In this document: positions 1-18,760 of the stretch, in pieces
How positions within the stretch are numbered: the first letter of the stretch is position 1
Layout of the letters: every line of letters starts with the position of its first letter
NCBI RefSeq assembly: GCF_009914755.1
Contig: NC_060928.1
DNA: 64,000 bases
From: the human T2T-CHM13v2.0 reference genome, Homo sapiens
Direction: 5' to 3' (one strand)
The notes under the pieces: model-generated
The model's database searches: none
Told to the model about the DNA's origin: nothing
The model's input: only the letters and a program-made list of their open reading frames with translations
Translations under genes and position numbers: made by a program

Positions 1-4605
<4,605 letters not shown>

Positions 4606-5754
4606 TTAGTCAATGGCTTCATAAACATATTTCAGACTAACAAACAGGATTCTAAGGAAAGAAATTCTCTTTTGTGCATAGCTACACAAACATCAATAAG
4701 TATGTAGTTTCCTAACGAGGGAGAAAATGATATTGAACGTTATTATACAGAAAAACTCTTTGTTCCGTGTAATGATTAAGCAATTTAACAAATTGGGCTA
4801 AAACTTTTAAAAATGTTCTGTAGTGCTTTCTATTTTGATGGTCTAATATTGCTAAGGCAATTAGCTTTCATTTTCAGCGTTTTTTAGAAACAGCATTTAG
4901 ACCTATCTTCTATGAAAAACCACTAGAAAAAAATAGAAATGCACACAGTTACACATACACAGACACTGACACATACACACACATTTATGAAAATATAAAG
5001 TTTAATTTTAGAAAGTAATAAATATACATATTTATATATAAATATATTTAAATTTCATTCATATATAGATTTCATACACAGTCACAAGCTTAGAGAGAGG
5101 CTACCATAGTTTTAGGAAAGAGGTGAATTTCTAAATGTTCTTTATATGAAGAAAAATATAGACGTGTATAACATACAGGCATATATAACACCCCTGAGTT
5201 CAAGCATGTTTTACTGGCATTTAGACAAAAACCTGAAAAACTAATAAGTACAATAAACCATAAGATTTCTGGTAGCTGTTGATAAGTGTTTTTACTGTTA
5301 CCTCTGAAAAGAATATGTGAAGAAAGTTATCTAGGAAGCAGTGGCCTTATTCACAAACCATGAGGCCAGCATTCAGAAACCTCACATCCTACCAGATGTG
5401 TTCTAAATCCCATTTGCAGACTGGAAAATAAATGCCCTTCCAAAAATAAATTTTCCTGGACAGATGAGAGGCAAGGTGCCCTTTAGAAAGCTACTGTATT
5501 GTTTCATAATTGATGTGAAGAAGGTTTCCTCAAAATGATAATAGTCATGACAGGTGTCATAAAGATAAAAGTAATGGAAATTTAGGAGAGAGGAGCAGTG
5601 CCATTGATTTTATGACAAAGACAGTGTGTGACTTATACAAAGCAGTTTTAATAGAAGAGACAGTGGGCTAAATTCCTTTTTAAAAACAAAGACTTATGTA
5701 TTAATTTTATTTATCCATAATAAATTTCTATTTTATCTTATTTATGTTTAATTT

Positions 5755-6150
5755 TTAACCAATTTTTTGAGGTATGATTGACATACAAAAAGCTGTACAT
5801 ATTTAATATATACAGCTTGATGAGTTTGGAGATAAGTATACACTCATTAATCTATCACCACAATCTATGCCACAAATATATACATCACCCCCAAAAGTTC
5901 CCTCCTTCTTATTTATTATCTTCTGTGATAAGAACATTTGAGACCTATTCTCTCAGCAAATTTTTAAGTAGACAATACAGTACTGTTCACTATATGCACT
6001 CTGCTATGCGGTGGATATCTAGGATTTATTCACCTTACAGAACAGAAATACTATGCCCTTTGACTAATACCTCGCTGTTTCCTCCTCCCGGAGGCCCCTG
6101 ACTACCACCATTCCTCTCACTGCCTTTCAGTTTGACTATTTTAGATTCAT
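5755..6150 (-). mobile_element. L1 3' UTR fragment (L1MA-like)
   Basis: gaggtatgattgacatacaaaaagctgtacatattta...gatatctaggatttattc. Confidence 0.75.
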
Positions 6151-6319
6151 CATCCCTTCACAACACTGCTTTATCCATTTTTTCTTAAAACAAAAACAAA
6201 AAAAAACTTTGTTACCTCACATCTTTGCTCCAGATCTTAAAACTACTCATTTTCTACTAATGCAGTCTTAGCATTTTATCTCGCAGTCAACACCTTTTAA
6301 GAACACAAACTCAGAAGTC

Positions 6320-6520
6320 ATAACACTTAGATGTGAATTTGGGTTTTGCCAGTTATTAGCTGTATGACTTAGGCAAATACATTGTACTTAAACCTTTCTC
6401 GTGTATAAAATAAATGTTATAGTAGTATCCACTTCATGGGATGGTTATGAGAAAAAAATACATGGAAATAATTTAGAAGGGTGCCCATCAGATGGTGATT
6501 GCTGAATAAAGTTTAACTAT
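6320..6520 (+). mobile_element. MIR SINE
   Basis: ttattagctgtatgacttaggcaa...gtataaaat MIR core. Confidence 0.6.
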
Positions 6521-6890
6521 TGCTATGGTCTAAATGTTTGTGGTCCTCAAAGTTCAGATGTTGAAACATAATAGCCAATGTAATAATAGGAGGTTGGCTT
6601 TGGGGTGTTTAAACCATGATGGTGGAGCCTTTATGAATAGAATTAGTGCCTTTATAAAAGAGGCCCCAGTGTGAGCACCCACTCCCTACACCTTTGGGGT
6701 CCCCATGTGAGGACTTATTCATAGAAGGTACTATTCTGTGAACGAAGAAATGGGTCCTCATTGAACACTGAATCTGACTGCACCTCATCTTAGACTTGTC
6801 AGCCTCCTGAACTGTGAGAAGTAAATTTCTGTTGTTTATGAGCCGCCCTATTTGTGTTGTTTTGTTACAATGGCCCAAACAAACTAAGTT
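6521..6890 (+). mobile_element. MaLR solo LTR (MLT1A/MST-like)
   Basis: tgctatggtctaaatgtttg...cagcctcctgaactgtgagaagtaaatttctgttgttta...caaactaag. Confidence 0.8.
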
Positions 6891-7555
6891 AACTATCATA
6901 AAAAATATTTTTTCTGGTGATATGTGTATGTAAGGAACAGTCTTAGAACAAGCAATAATCAGCTAATTTTTCCACTAAATATGATTAAAAACTAAATTCT
7001 ATAATTCTTCCTATTCACATTCCAAAAGAAAAGAGAGACCAAGAATCATAAATAATAAACATCCCCCCTACTCATGTGATAACCTTAATGTATACCCATA
7101 ATATACTTTGTAATTAAGTTTTAGATTTTTGTTTACTTTCAGAAAATGAGAGAAAGTGGCACCACAAAATTGGGCAAGATAAAGGAAAATTTTTGGAAAG
7201 CCCCACAAAAATCATCAAAAACCGAAAGCAGAAACAAAGCAAAGACAAAAAACAAGATCAGACTTCCTACCACATAATTTTGTGAAAATAATTTTAACAT
7301 ATTTGATTACTGGCTTTCATTTCTGAATAAGAAAACCAACTCACTTTTAGCATCTTACTAAATCAGAATTTATTTTAAACTAAAGTAAGATTATAAATAT
7401 AAAGAAATTATGAGCTATAACTCATGCATCAACTCTATTTCTGGAAAATGTTTGTTGTTCTCCTGAAAAAATTAACTATTTCAATGAAAAAGTCAGGAGA
7501 AAACTTTATTGCTAACACCAAGTAGCATGTCGGCTTTAATCATTACACATCTCAC

Positions 7556-7699
7556 CCGTAATTGATTTGATGGTTTCACTTGATACGGTTTGCCCAATCA
7601 AATCATATTGAACTAAGCTGGAAGACTCCTTCGGAACTTCAACTGATTTCTCAGGACCTTTTGTCCAGGTATAGATCATCTCACTCTTTGGATAGGCAT
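7556..7699 (-). CDS. GABRA4: GABRA4 exon 6 ([48 protein letters not shown]), 144 nt
   Basis: Read by hand; CTCTCTTTTAG| acceptor, G|GTGAGA donor; phase 1-1. Confidence 0.97.
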
Positions 7700-7811
7700 C
7701 TAAAAGAGAGCACAGAATGTGGTTAGAGTCAATGCTCCTTTTTCATCCACATCAGTGGTCAACACTTAAAAACAGTACTTGTTCAAGAAAGATGGAATAA
7801 ATGAAAACAAT

Positions 7812-7859
7812 GTTCACTATAATTTAGTCACTATAATTTAGTTCACTATAATTTAGTCA
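7812..7859. repeat. Tandem repeat (GTTCACTATAATTTA) x3.3
   Basis: Directly visible 15/14/15-bp units. Confidence 0.9.
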
Positions 7860-10385
7860 AACATCTTTAAGATTTAGAAAACTAGAGACTAAGTAAATAC
7901 CCCTGCAACTCAACAGTATTTATTTTTTATGCCAAATAAAGGAGGAGGAGATATTAAAACTGAAGCATCTAAAATGCTACATATGCATGAATACACTTGG
8001 ATGTGTGTCCATGCCAGTAGGATAAACAGTTCAAAAGCAGATATATTGAACTCCCAAAGCCGTACTTCTAACTCACTTCCAATGCTTGACCAATACCATC
8101 CTAACACAGTTCTGCTATTTAGAAATGCTGCCTGTAATAATACAATAACAAAACCAAACAAATCCTACTGTTAGGAGAGCTCCCCTGGGGTCACCTGTTC
8201 CAAACTCTGCCTCTGGGCAATATCCACTGTGTTTGGGGACCATTGTACAGTGACAACTGGCTATGTTGTTTGTAAAGCTGTCCAGGGAATATAATTACAC
8301 AACCAATTCCACTACCTTTAATTTCTTACAATCAGGACATTTCCCCTTACATCTTCAACAAATCTCTCCCGGTGGCAATTTAAGCCCATTTTCTATTATT
8401 TGGCACTCTGTGCAAATGGAGAACAGCTGCTTGCTTACCAGTCTACCCATAACAGACAGCTTGGCTCACACACAAGTAAGTTCAAAAGAACCAAAATGAA
8501 TTGTGTGCCAACCTCCCTCCAAACCATCCTAAAATGGCTATAGCATAGTAGGTCCTCAATGGAATCATTTAATTCTTCAAAAGGAGTTGACACCTAAGAG
8601 CACCTTATGAAACAAACTATGAGGCTTGTGTTGTCATTTTAGCACCATTCAGTTATATTATGTGTCAGCATTTATTTCCAGAAATATATTCACACTTCAG
8701 TAAACTGTTACAGCCTCTGTATACTATGTTCTTGTCTATGATATTGCAAATTAAGTATCCTTCCTTTGGCTACCCTACCTTGCTAGAATAACCTTTTTCT
8801 TTCCTGGTTTTTCTAATTCCTCTGAATTGTAAGCATGGGGGTTTTAAATAGTGTTTTGTGTTTTCTTCCTCTTTCCAGATTAATTAAAAATCCTTACCTG
8901 CTGAGTATGGTGTGCCTCTCTTTTTAATTCCCAATCCAAAAACATCAGCTTCCAATGTGCAATTTCTTTATTTTATACAAACCCTGATTGAACACGAACT
9001 ATGTTCAAGTCCTTCTGAAGAGAGCTTTTTCTGAGAACTAGAGGTTGGGATGCGGGGAGTGAAAAGGACTTCCTCTACATGAGAACTAATTTGGGTAAAA
9101 TTTGAATGATTACAGCACAAATGGATTTTAATTCTGGCCCCAATGAGATCACCCTGTCTATGTATTTTTCTGCCTTTATCTTCTCTCATTAAATTATTGG
9201 TAAGAGAACATAATACTCTCTGGCTTCAAGTTAGCCCACTGAATATTGTGATTACTAGGGGTTATAAAAAGAATAGTGACTGCCGATTCTCATTAAGTTA
9301 AGCAATGAGCGATGATAACAGCAGGCAACAGTTTCACAATCAGTGCGACTAAGAATCTGAAGCAATAGTAAAAGCCAGCATCTATTTTTAGTAGATTCTG
9401 ATTGAATTGAAAATGTGAGGCAGACCTTAGAAAAGGCAATCACATTTTGCTGCCATCTCAGAGAAGGGAGCTTAAGGGAAGGAATCTCATATTGTTTTCT
9501 ATCCATTCATCTCATCCTGTTGCCTTCATTTCTACAAAATTTCCCAAACATATCTATTTCACACTTTCCTCTCTAGTACCATCCTAGTCTAAGCCACTGC
9601 CATCTTTGCTTGTACTAAAACAACAGCCTCCATTTCTTCTCTGCTGCTTCCACTCCAGCCTCTCTACCACCCATTCTCAAAAAAAAAAAAAAAAAAAAAA
9701 AAAGCGGAAGTGGAACTGTAAAATGTCAAAGAAAGCTACACTGTTTTGTCAAACCTTCCAAAGGCTTCCCATAGCTTTTAGATAGAATCCAAACTCCTTA
9801 ATGTGCTGTATAAGGCATTATATTAACTCAGACCACACCCCTACCATGCTTTTGCCATGCTTCAGTCACTGTTATGCTAACAGTGCTGCTTCTGTCATTT
9901 TAACCTATACTGTGTCAGGAAGCTCTGAACCTTTTATGGACTTCTTCCAAGTTAGCTATGAAGGACTGCTTACAATAGAATATCTATATATCTATCTATG
10001 TATCTATCTATCTATCTGAAGTGATATGTGTTATAATTATATCAATTATATATATATTTATCTATATAATTTGTACTTTCTGTGTAACACTACCAACATG
10101 TAGAGTTCAGAGGTCCCTAAATTTCACCACTGATCACCAGCCAATTGTGACTAAGACTACTTAGATTATCTGTATAAATAGGTTTTTGTTTGTTGTGGGG
10201 AAAGGAGGTTGTTTTTATTTCTTTATTATAAAATATTAGTTAATGAAATCTCCAGAAATAAAACCGGACAGTTTTTGTTATGGACCATGACTTAAATGTT
10301 GGATTATGAAAAATAAAATACATGTGTAAATATTAGCTTGCATGAGGTAATCATAAATTCTAGCAAAATTTTTATTATAACTTAC

Positions 10386-10468
10386 AACTCCCGAATTTCA
10401 AAGGGCATGCATGACCATCCATGGGAAAATCCACCAATCTCATGGGACACTCCGCACTTATGGTGAGT
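10386..10468 (-). CDS. GABRA4: GABRA4 exon 5 ([27 protein letters not shown]; Cys-loop), 83 nt
   Basis: C-x13-C Cys-loop read by hand; CATAG| acceptor, T|GTAAG donor. Confidence 0.98.
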
Positions 10469-10538
10469 CTATGATGAAAAATGCAATTAAATAAAATCAA
10501 CCCTTTTAAAGAATAATTGTGACTTTAGATTCTAAAAT

Positions 10539-10723
10539 AGGAAGGAAGGGAGGGAAGGAGGAAGGAAGAAGGGAGGGAAGAAAAGGAAGGAAGGAAGGGA
10601 AGGAGGAAGGGAGGGAGGAAGGGAGGGAGGAAGGGAGGGAGGAAGGGAGGGAGGGAGGAAGGAAGGAAGGAAGGAAGAAAGGAAAGGAAAGAAAGAAAAG
10701 AATAAAAAAGGAAGGGAAGAAGT
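10539..10723. repeat. (GGAA/GGGA)n purine-rich simple repeat in intron 4
   Basis: About 185 nt of nearly pure purine on the + strand. Confidence 0.95.
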
Positions 10724-10738
10724 AAAAAAAAATATTAC

Positions 10739-10959
10739 CTCATTGTGTATAAAATAGTACCATTTCTCATAATTCTAAAAAGCTTATTTGGAGCTGTCAT
10801 ATTATGTGAGACAGATTTCTTTCCATTCCTGAAGAAAGTATCAGGGGTCCACACTTTCGTTACCATCATATTGTTCAATCTCAAAATTTCAATGGGGCCG
10901 TCATATTTTAATCTTTTGTCAATCCATGTCTGCCTGAAGAACACATCCATTGTGTATTC
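10739..10959 (-). CDS. GABRA4: GABRA4 exon 4 ([12 protein letters not shown]...[11 protein letters not shown]...GTILYTMR), 221 nt
   Basis: ORF 10735..10950; WTPD Cys-loop receptor motif; FFRNG with Arg at the position that is His in diazepam-sensitive alphas (alpha4/alpha6 signature); CCTAG| acceptor, AG|GTAATA donor. Confidence 0.98.
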
Positions 10960-11735
10960 CTAGGACAATTATTTTGGAACATATTTAAGTTGCAAATGAC
11001 TACACATAAGTATGTGAAAATAATGCATTAAATTCTGTCTTCCTTCATGCTCATAAAAAAATACCACTCCAAATAAAATTAATAGGAGCAGGAATGATCT
11101 TGAATCAATGGAGCAAAAAGATTCTCAGCAATTAGAATAACTTTTATCCATCTTGATACCTTCATCTTCTACATTCATAAGATAAATAAATTACCACACA
11201 TACTAATAATTTAATAATAAATTTGCTATAATTTAAGAAAACTGCCAGTACCAGGTAGTTACAATTGTGTTTTACTTTAGACTAGATAGCAAAAATCAGT
11301 TAAAGTGTAAAAAATATCATGCACAATTAATCGTGTAATTGTAGGCATTTTAAAGACAAAATAATATGTGTAAGAGATATTTTATTTTCACAAAGTTTAT
11401 TAAAATGAGTCAAATAACTCAAGGGTTTCAAATTACTAGGAGCTTTAAATCAATGAATAAACTAAAGTAAGTTTTTTGTCTTGCAAACTAAATATATTTA
11501 ATATAAGAGAGCACAACTGTATGGATGAATTCTTCCTGACCAGTGCTTCGTATTCTAAGCTCTTAAACATGAGTGAGAAGGAGGCAGAAGGGCTGGGATG
11601 GGCAGCAAGCAATTAGATCAACATGAAATACTAAATATAATGAAAACTATAAAATAGTGTACACGACTAGTTCATACTGAAACTAATTATCACCTCTAAT
11701 TTTCTCCTCCTCAATAGTTTCCTAAAGAAAAAACA

Positions 11736-12075
<340 letters not shown>

Positions 12076-12343
12076 GGAAAGCAAAAAAGCTGCACCCTAG
12101 GTTGTGCTATAGGAACCAGTAATAGGAAAGTTCTTCTCTTTGTTTAGAATGACCCTAAATCAACAAGTACTCAAATGTTACAACTGAAATGCAAATTGAA
12201 TGAGATTCAATGTCTTACTCTTCATACATTCTTAAGTTTAATTAGGGATTCTTTAGGTTTCTGGCTTTGTGTGATTGACAACAAAATAAATATTAATTGC
12301 CCTCTTTTCTACATGTTTTCTTCAAGTCTCAAAAGGTACATTA

Positions 12344-12490
<147 letters not shown>

Positions 12491-14339
12491 TTAGATAATT
12501 ACAGAGTAAATACAGATATGATATATCATGTTTTTACAAGCATCTTACATTTTCAGTGAGATAATGAATCTCTACAAAACAAATGTAGACCAAAGCGCAA
12601 CAAGACCAGAAAGCAGTGTTTACTTACAGGCAAAAAGAAACCCCAATTACTTACCAGGAACCTTGTTTCTTCAAAGATACGTCACCCCTGGGTACTGTTA
12701 CAACAGGCAATGCAGAGACACAAAAGCTTTTAACCTTTGCGATATTTTATAGTCCATCATCTGATTGGCCTCTAATAAAGAAGTGAGCTGTTAAAAAGGG
12801 GAAGTGTGGCCACAGCAACAAAGAAGAGAAAAACCATAACAGCTGTAAGGAATGTATCCTTGGAGAGCTGAGGATACTAGTAAATAATTTTAAAAATGAT
12901 TCATGTCACCTTTATCAACAAGCACACCATCCACTGCTGATTGGGATCAAAGACAAACTTTCTTACAAGTGACAGATACTTACACTCTGCCACCTACTAG
13001 CTGTACAATCTTGTGCAAGTTATTTAACTCCTCAATAGTAGCCACCACAACCATCAGGCAAGATTTTGATAGCGATCAAATGAAATTGCTGAAATAAGAT
13101 GCTCAGCAAAACGACTCTCTCATGAAAGTACTCATTCCATGTGAGGTTCCCTTTGCTTCTGACAGTGGCCACTACTGAGACTGTTTCCCGTATCTAAATA
13201 AGACTAGTTCGTAAAGAAGCACACTGGTGTTTTGGCAGAAGAGAAATGTGGGAGCATAATGACAATATGGCTGACACAGATTTTAGACAAGGGAACACAA
13301 TCTGGGTTTAACACAATCTGAGTTTAGCATGAAGCTTAAAATCAGAAAGTTTGGAGTTCAAATTTGGTTCTAACATCTTCTAGTAATATCATCTTCAAGT
13401 CACATATCCTCATAGGTAAAGATATTAATGAGTATTAATTGAGATAATACTTGTAAGTCATTTGTCCCAGTCTCTAGAACATAATGTGCTCAATAATGAC
13501 AGTAGTCATTACTATGCATAATACAGCATTCTAATACAACAAAAATATAAAAATTGTTGCCCTTGAACATAACTTCCTTAAACAATGGTTTATAGTACTG
13601 TATAGCCAGAGGCTAGATATTCCGTAACTGGGAAGAATGACATCTGCTATGAAGATGAAATAATCTCTCACTTGGATTCTTGCTTGGGAAATGCGATTTA
13701 TGCCAAAAAAAAAAAAAAAAAAGGCAGAGAGAAATTGGTATCACTTAATTCCTTAGCTCCAAAGTTATCTTCATAAAAATGAATCTGAATATTTCTTCTT
13801 CTAAAGAATGAAGATTGATCCACACAAAGAAAGATAGCTCGAGGGAGAATGAGAAAATTCTTTACTGAATAAGTATCCTAAGAAAAATAGAGCCTTAGGC
13901 AGTATAGTAAGAGAAAAAGTCTGAATCAGGCTTAGCTAACATGAGATTTAATGTTTTCAAGACTACATCTATGGAAAGCAGAAAAGTTAATTAAATTTTT
14001 ATTTGAATGAAAAATTGGAGACAACAACAGCAAAACATGATAGTAATAAGCTCATTAATGTCAAATTGTTCCAGGAATAGCTAGGTAATCCAGGAAGCAG
14101 GTAATGTGTGCTGAACCCTAGAAGATAGCAATTTCACTCAAGTAGGTTCAACAGTGAAACAAATCACTGTGTTAGTTTCTTAAGGACAATTGCCAGAGTA
14201 TTAAAAAGCAGAAACACTATGCCATTGCAAGTCAGGGCAAGTGGTGATAAGTTACTCGAATAATTAAGGTTGGTTATGTCCTGACAACTAGACTATTTGG
14301 CAAGATTCTTGAGAAATCAAAAGTTACTTTGATGATTGG

Positions 14340-14475
14340 TTTAGGGAAGTGGTTCTGATATGTCTGTTAAAACAGATTGTTGAACTCCACACCCTGATAC
14401 GCTGATTTAGTACTAGGCATAAGGTGCGGCCTCACAATTTGCATTTCTAACAAGTTCCTAGCTGAGGCTGTTCAC
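14340..14475. mobile_element. MER5A-like hAT-Charlie DNA element
   Basis: aatttgcatttctaacaagttcc...gctg hallmark. Confidence 0.7.
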
Positions 14476-14879
14476 TTTACTCTATTTTACAGTGTTCATC
14501 TGTTTTCTAGGATAGTATTTACAACACCATGTGCTATAAAATATTAATATCATACGTATTTCAGGGGAGTGAGGAGTCTAGAAGAGAAAAGAATTAGGCC
14601 AATGATATTTTTCTTTATACATTTATTTTAAAGTGTGTGGGCGTATGCTAATTCTTATAGTTCTATAGTTACAATGATTCCATGATAATAATGAACATTT
14701 TCCAATTCTTGCATAACATGCTACTTTCTCAATGATTCTTGAATAATGTTTTGTGTTCAAAATTATAACCTTAGCATTTGTGACATTCATTATTCAGTAT
14801 TTGCCTTATATGGTCCTATGGATCTTTGAGACTGAGTGAGATCCTAAAAAACATTTGATTGTAAAGGGATTTCCTTCAG

Positions 14880-16240
14880 ACATTCATTCAATTAGTGTTT
14901 ACTGAATGAGTGCCAGTTGTGTGTTGGGTTCCCTGCTAGGCTCTGATGCTACATTGGTAAACAAGACTCAGGAATTCCCTGACTCAAAGAGCTAAGGTGC
15001 CATTAGGGCAGTCAGAGTATAAATACAGTAGTAAAAAGATAAACTAAATGACAGAATGCTATCATTTCTAAGAGGAAAAATACAGGATGGTAAGAGTGAG
15101 AGACTGGGAGGGTCATTCCTGATTTGCAGTCATAGCTGCTTCTTCAAAGCAGTGACTTTTAAACTCAAACTTGGAGAATGAGCATGAGCCATTGCAAGAG
15201 ATCAGGAAATTGGATTCCAGGCAGAAAGAACTCCAAGAGGACAAGATCAAAGACCGGAAAAGGGCTGAGTGTATTCAGGGACTAGAAAGGAGGCCAGTGG
15301 GGCTGAAGCAAAGCAAGGGAGGGACAGAATGCTGAGAAATAAAAGCCACAATGATAGAATAAAAACCAGAGTACAGTGGATAGAACACCTACCCCTGAAC
15401 TCGTATTCTAAAAAGTGGCATCTTTTAAGCAACATACTTATAATATATGCTATGGTGACTGTAGTTAAAACTACAAGGAAAATAAGTTGTAGATATATCA
15501 GTAAAAGATGGAGAGCTACATAGAGTATTGTTATGAGCTAAACTGTATTCCCTCCAAATTCCTATGATGAAGTCCTAATTCTTGGTACTTCAGAATGTGA
15601 CCATATTTGGAGATAGAATTTTTAAAGAGATACTTAAGTTAAAATGAGTTCACTAGGGCGGGCCCTAATCTAATATCACTGTGACCATATCAGAAGTGTA
15701 GATTAGGACACAGACACACACACACACACATAGCAGAGACAATGTGAACATGGAGAGAAGATGGCCATCTATAAGCCAAGGAGAGAGGACTTAGAAGAAA
15801 CCAATTTTGCCTACACTTTGGTATCCCCAGAACTGTGAAAAATTAATTTCCTATTGTTTAAGCCACACAGTCTGTGGTACTTTGTTTATAGCAGCCTTAG
15901 AGAACCCAAAATTTATCGTTTTTCCTATGTTCTTTCCTGGAGCTTTCTTCTTCTGATATTCAGTCTTTCTCTGTCTTTACTTATAGGTCGTGGTAAGAAG
16001 TTTGATTTGTATCCCATAGTCATTGGGAGGCCACTGAGGGTTTGAAGTAAGGGAGTTTATATGATTAGATTATATTTTTTACAAAATTATTCTGACAATG
16101 GTATTGACAATACATTACAGGGAAGCAAAAGTAGAAGAAGGGCTCTTCTAAGAGACTGCCATGTTGTTCAAGTCGAGAGTTGGTGATAACAGCTTGGACT
16201 AGGGATGTGGCAGTGGGGATGAAGACTGGACAGATTGAGG
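14880..16240 (-). mobile_element. L2 fragments (interrupted by MLT1)
   Basis: cattcattcaa 3' end; ggaggccagtggggctgaagca; cattgggaggccactgagggtttgaag. Confidence 0.65.
15529..15910 (+). mobile_element. MLT1 (MaLR) solo LTR
   Basis: tgttatgagctaaactgt...agaagatggccatctataagccaaggagagagg...tttgtttatagcagcc. Confidence 0.85.
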
Positions 16241-16299
16241 GGCTGGTATGCTCACAGGGTGTCGGTATTTTCCAAAGAACAATAAGCGAAGATACAATA

Positions 16300-16520
16300 A
16301 TTACTATTTATTGAAGATGAATTATGTGCCAGGTAGGCTATTAGGTTCTTCCCATATACTATTTCATGTAATCCTCACGACACCCTCCAAAGGCGCTATC
16401 CTCATGAGAATGTTATGGATCTGGAAACTGAGTTCACAGAGATTAAATAATGTATGACAGAGCCAGAATTCTAACCCCCTTGTATTGATCTCCAAAGCAT
16501 GTGCTAGCTTTACTATACTA
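16300..16520 (-). mobile_element. MIR SINE
   Basis: tatgtgccagg...ggaaactgagttcacagagattaaataa. Confidence 0.7.
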
Positions 16521-17879
16521 CATTATATCACCAATAATAAATTATTAATTACTTAAGCAAATGTGGAATTTCATATCTAGAATATAACATGCTATACCTA
16601 CATTCCCTGCTTTGTTCATTAGTTTCTGAAGTATTTTCTCAAAGCGCTTTTCATGCCTTTACTATTATTCTTATTACAGCATACTGCTTGGGTCTTTCTA
16701 TCTGTAACAGCAAAGGCAAAATCTTAATCCTTTTTGAAGTCCCAAACTAGCACAATGCCTTGCACATATTAGGCGTTGAATAACTGTGTTTCATCATGTT
16801 CCTAATATCATCCCAGTAGTGATTTAAAAACCCATCAAAAGGAAAAATTAACAGAATTACTTTCCACAGCAGTTAAACTAAAAATATTCCCCATTTTAAG
16901 AAACTGTCTTATTTGTATTTGTATCCTCTGGCAGGACCAATCACAGGTTTTAAATGTAATAGGCTTCTGATAAATCAGTTGTCAATGAATAATGGTCACT
17001 ATGTAATTAAGAATAATTCTTAGAGACACTTCCTCTAATACGACAGTTTAGGATGTTCAAATCAACCTTACTCAGAGTATAATTACATGGAAACCAGATA
17101 ATTTTGAGCTTGGAAGGATTTCTTCCCATAATTTGATATGCATTTGTGCAACATTAAAGACATCTTTTATTTTAAAATTCTACTTTGTTGGTAGTAGGAA
17201 TATATTTTTTAATACCTAATGGTTGACAGTCTGTAAGGTAAACAAGATGATTCAACAGTTTTTGGGAAAGAAAGAGCCAAGACCAGCAAGATCAAATTCA
17301 GGGAAATATTCCCATCTAATTAATGAGTCTAACTTGCTGGGAAAGAGGGAAGGCAATTAACGATGAATCAGATAATTTCCCAGTTTACTTAACTTTAGCA
17401 GTACAGATATGGTTAAAGGGTGGAATCATTTTTGAAATTTCATCTCCAATAATGATGTCTAATTTGCTGCCACATCATGAGAAAACCTAGGGTGTTTTGC
17501 TGATCTTGAAACTAGTCCATCCTCATTTTCCATATTGCCTCCCCAGCCATGCACTTGAGGAAACATTTCTAATTTTCCAGCCACCTTATCCATGCATCCA
17601 CCATCATCTTACAAAATACTAGTTACATATCTCCAAAAATGAAGACACTTGAAGGGATACAACAAGGAATCCTAACTGAAATACATTAATAAATCTCTTT
17701 GCTTGTCATTTACAAAATATACAAATACAAGCCTTCCTGAATACTAAACACAGACAAGAGATACCCATTGATATCACTGAGAAAGCAGAAAACACTATAA
17801 AGTTCTGGAAGTTTCTTTCATTTAGAAGTCATTAAAGATTAGTGCCTCCCATGTCATATAATCCATCAATCCTGGTCTA

Positions 17880-18760
17880 CTTTGTAAATAATTACAGCCA
17901 TCAAATAAATAAGAAAAGCATGAACAACAACAAAAATAAAAATAAAATATGGGCAAACAATAAAAACAAGTAATTCACGGAAAGAAAATTATCGTAGCCA
18001 ATAAAGATTGGAAAAGATATTCAACCACGTTAAAACATAGTGAGAATCAGAAAAATTCAAATCATTTCACAATAAAATGCCATTTTAAGAAATACCATTT
18101 CAAGATATATATATCTTGTGTTAAAGAGGGTATCTGGATCCTGAATGTCATGTTCATTGTAAACTGTAAATGGAAGTTGATTTTGTAAACTCATCATGAA
18201 AAATAGTTTGGCATTATCTTGTCAACTCCCACTTACACTAAGATCCAGAAAATCCATTTCTTGATATATATGCAAAAGAAACTCTTGCACATTTACAGCA
18301 GGAAATTTGGGCCAGGATATTCACAGCACCACAATCTTGGAAACAAGCAAAAAGCCTACTGCCAACAGAGCAGATGAATAAGCTGGTTTCTATGCAATGG
18401 GAATATCACACAGCAGTCAAAATGAATGATCTATTGCAATATGCAACAATAAGAATGATTTTTAGCAATATATAATTAAGTTAAAAGCATCGAAAGATTA
18501 TATATAGCAAGTTCAAAACAATTAAATATTTAAAATAAACTTTTAAAATAAAGACAGTCAACCTAAAATGACATTCAAAGGAAAACTAAGAAATAATTTT
18601 AAAAGGACTTAAAATCATGGTTATTTTGGACGGAGAAGACAGGAAGATAGGATGGAGGAGACCACATAGCAGAATAAGAGTTGTCCAAGTCCTACACTTT
18701 GTGCTGGTTGGTGGTTTAACTGGTATGTTTATTATATTTTAATAAATGATTGAATAGATG
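17880..18760 (+). mobile_element. Old L1 (L1ME-like) ORF2-end/3' UTR fragment
   Basis: aaaaatagtttggcattatct...gaaactcttgcacat...acagcagtcaaaatgaatga. Confidence 0.65.

Noticed and set aside
10519-10725. K/E/G/R-rich ORF
   Set aside because: Translation of the GGAA repeat
18101-18118. 18-bp palindrome CAAGATATATATATCTTG
   Set aside because: Mostly an intrinsically palindromic AT run inside an old L1
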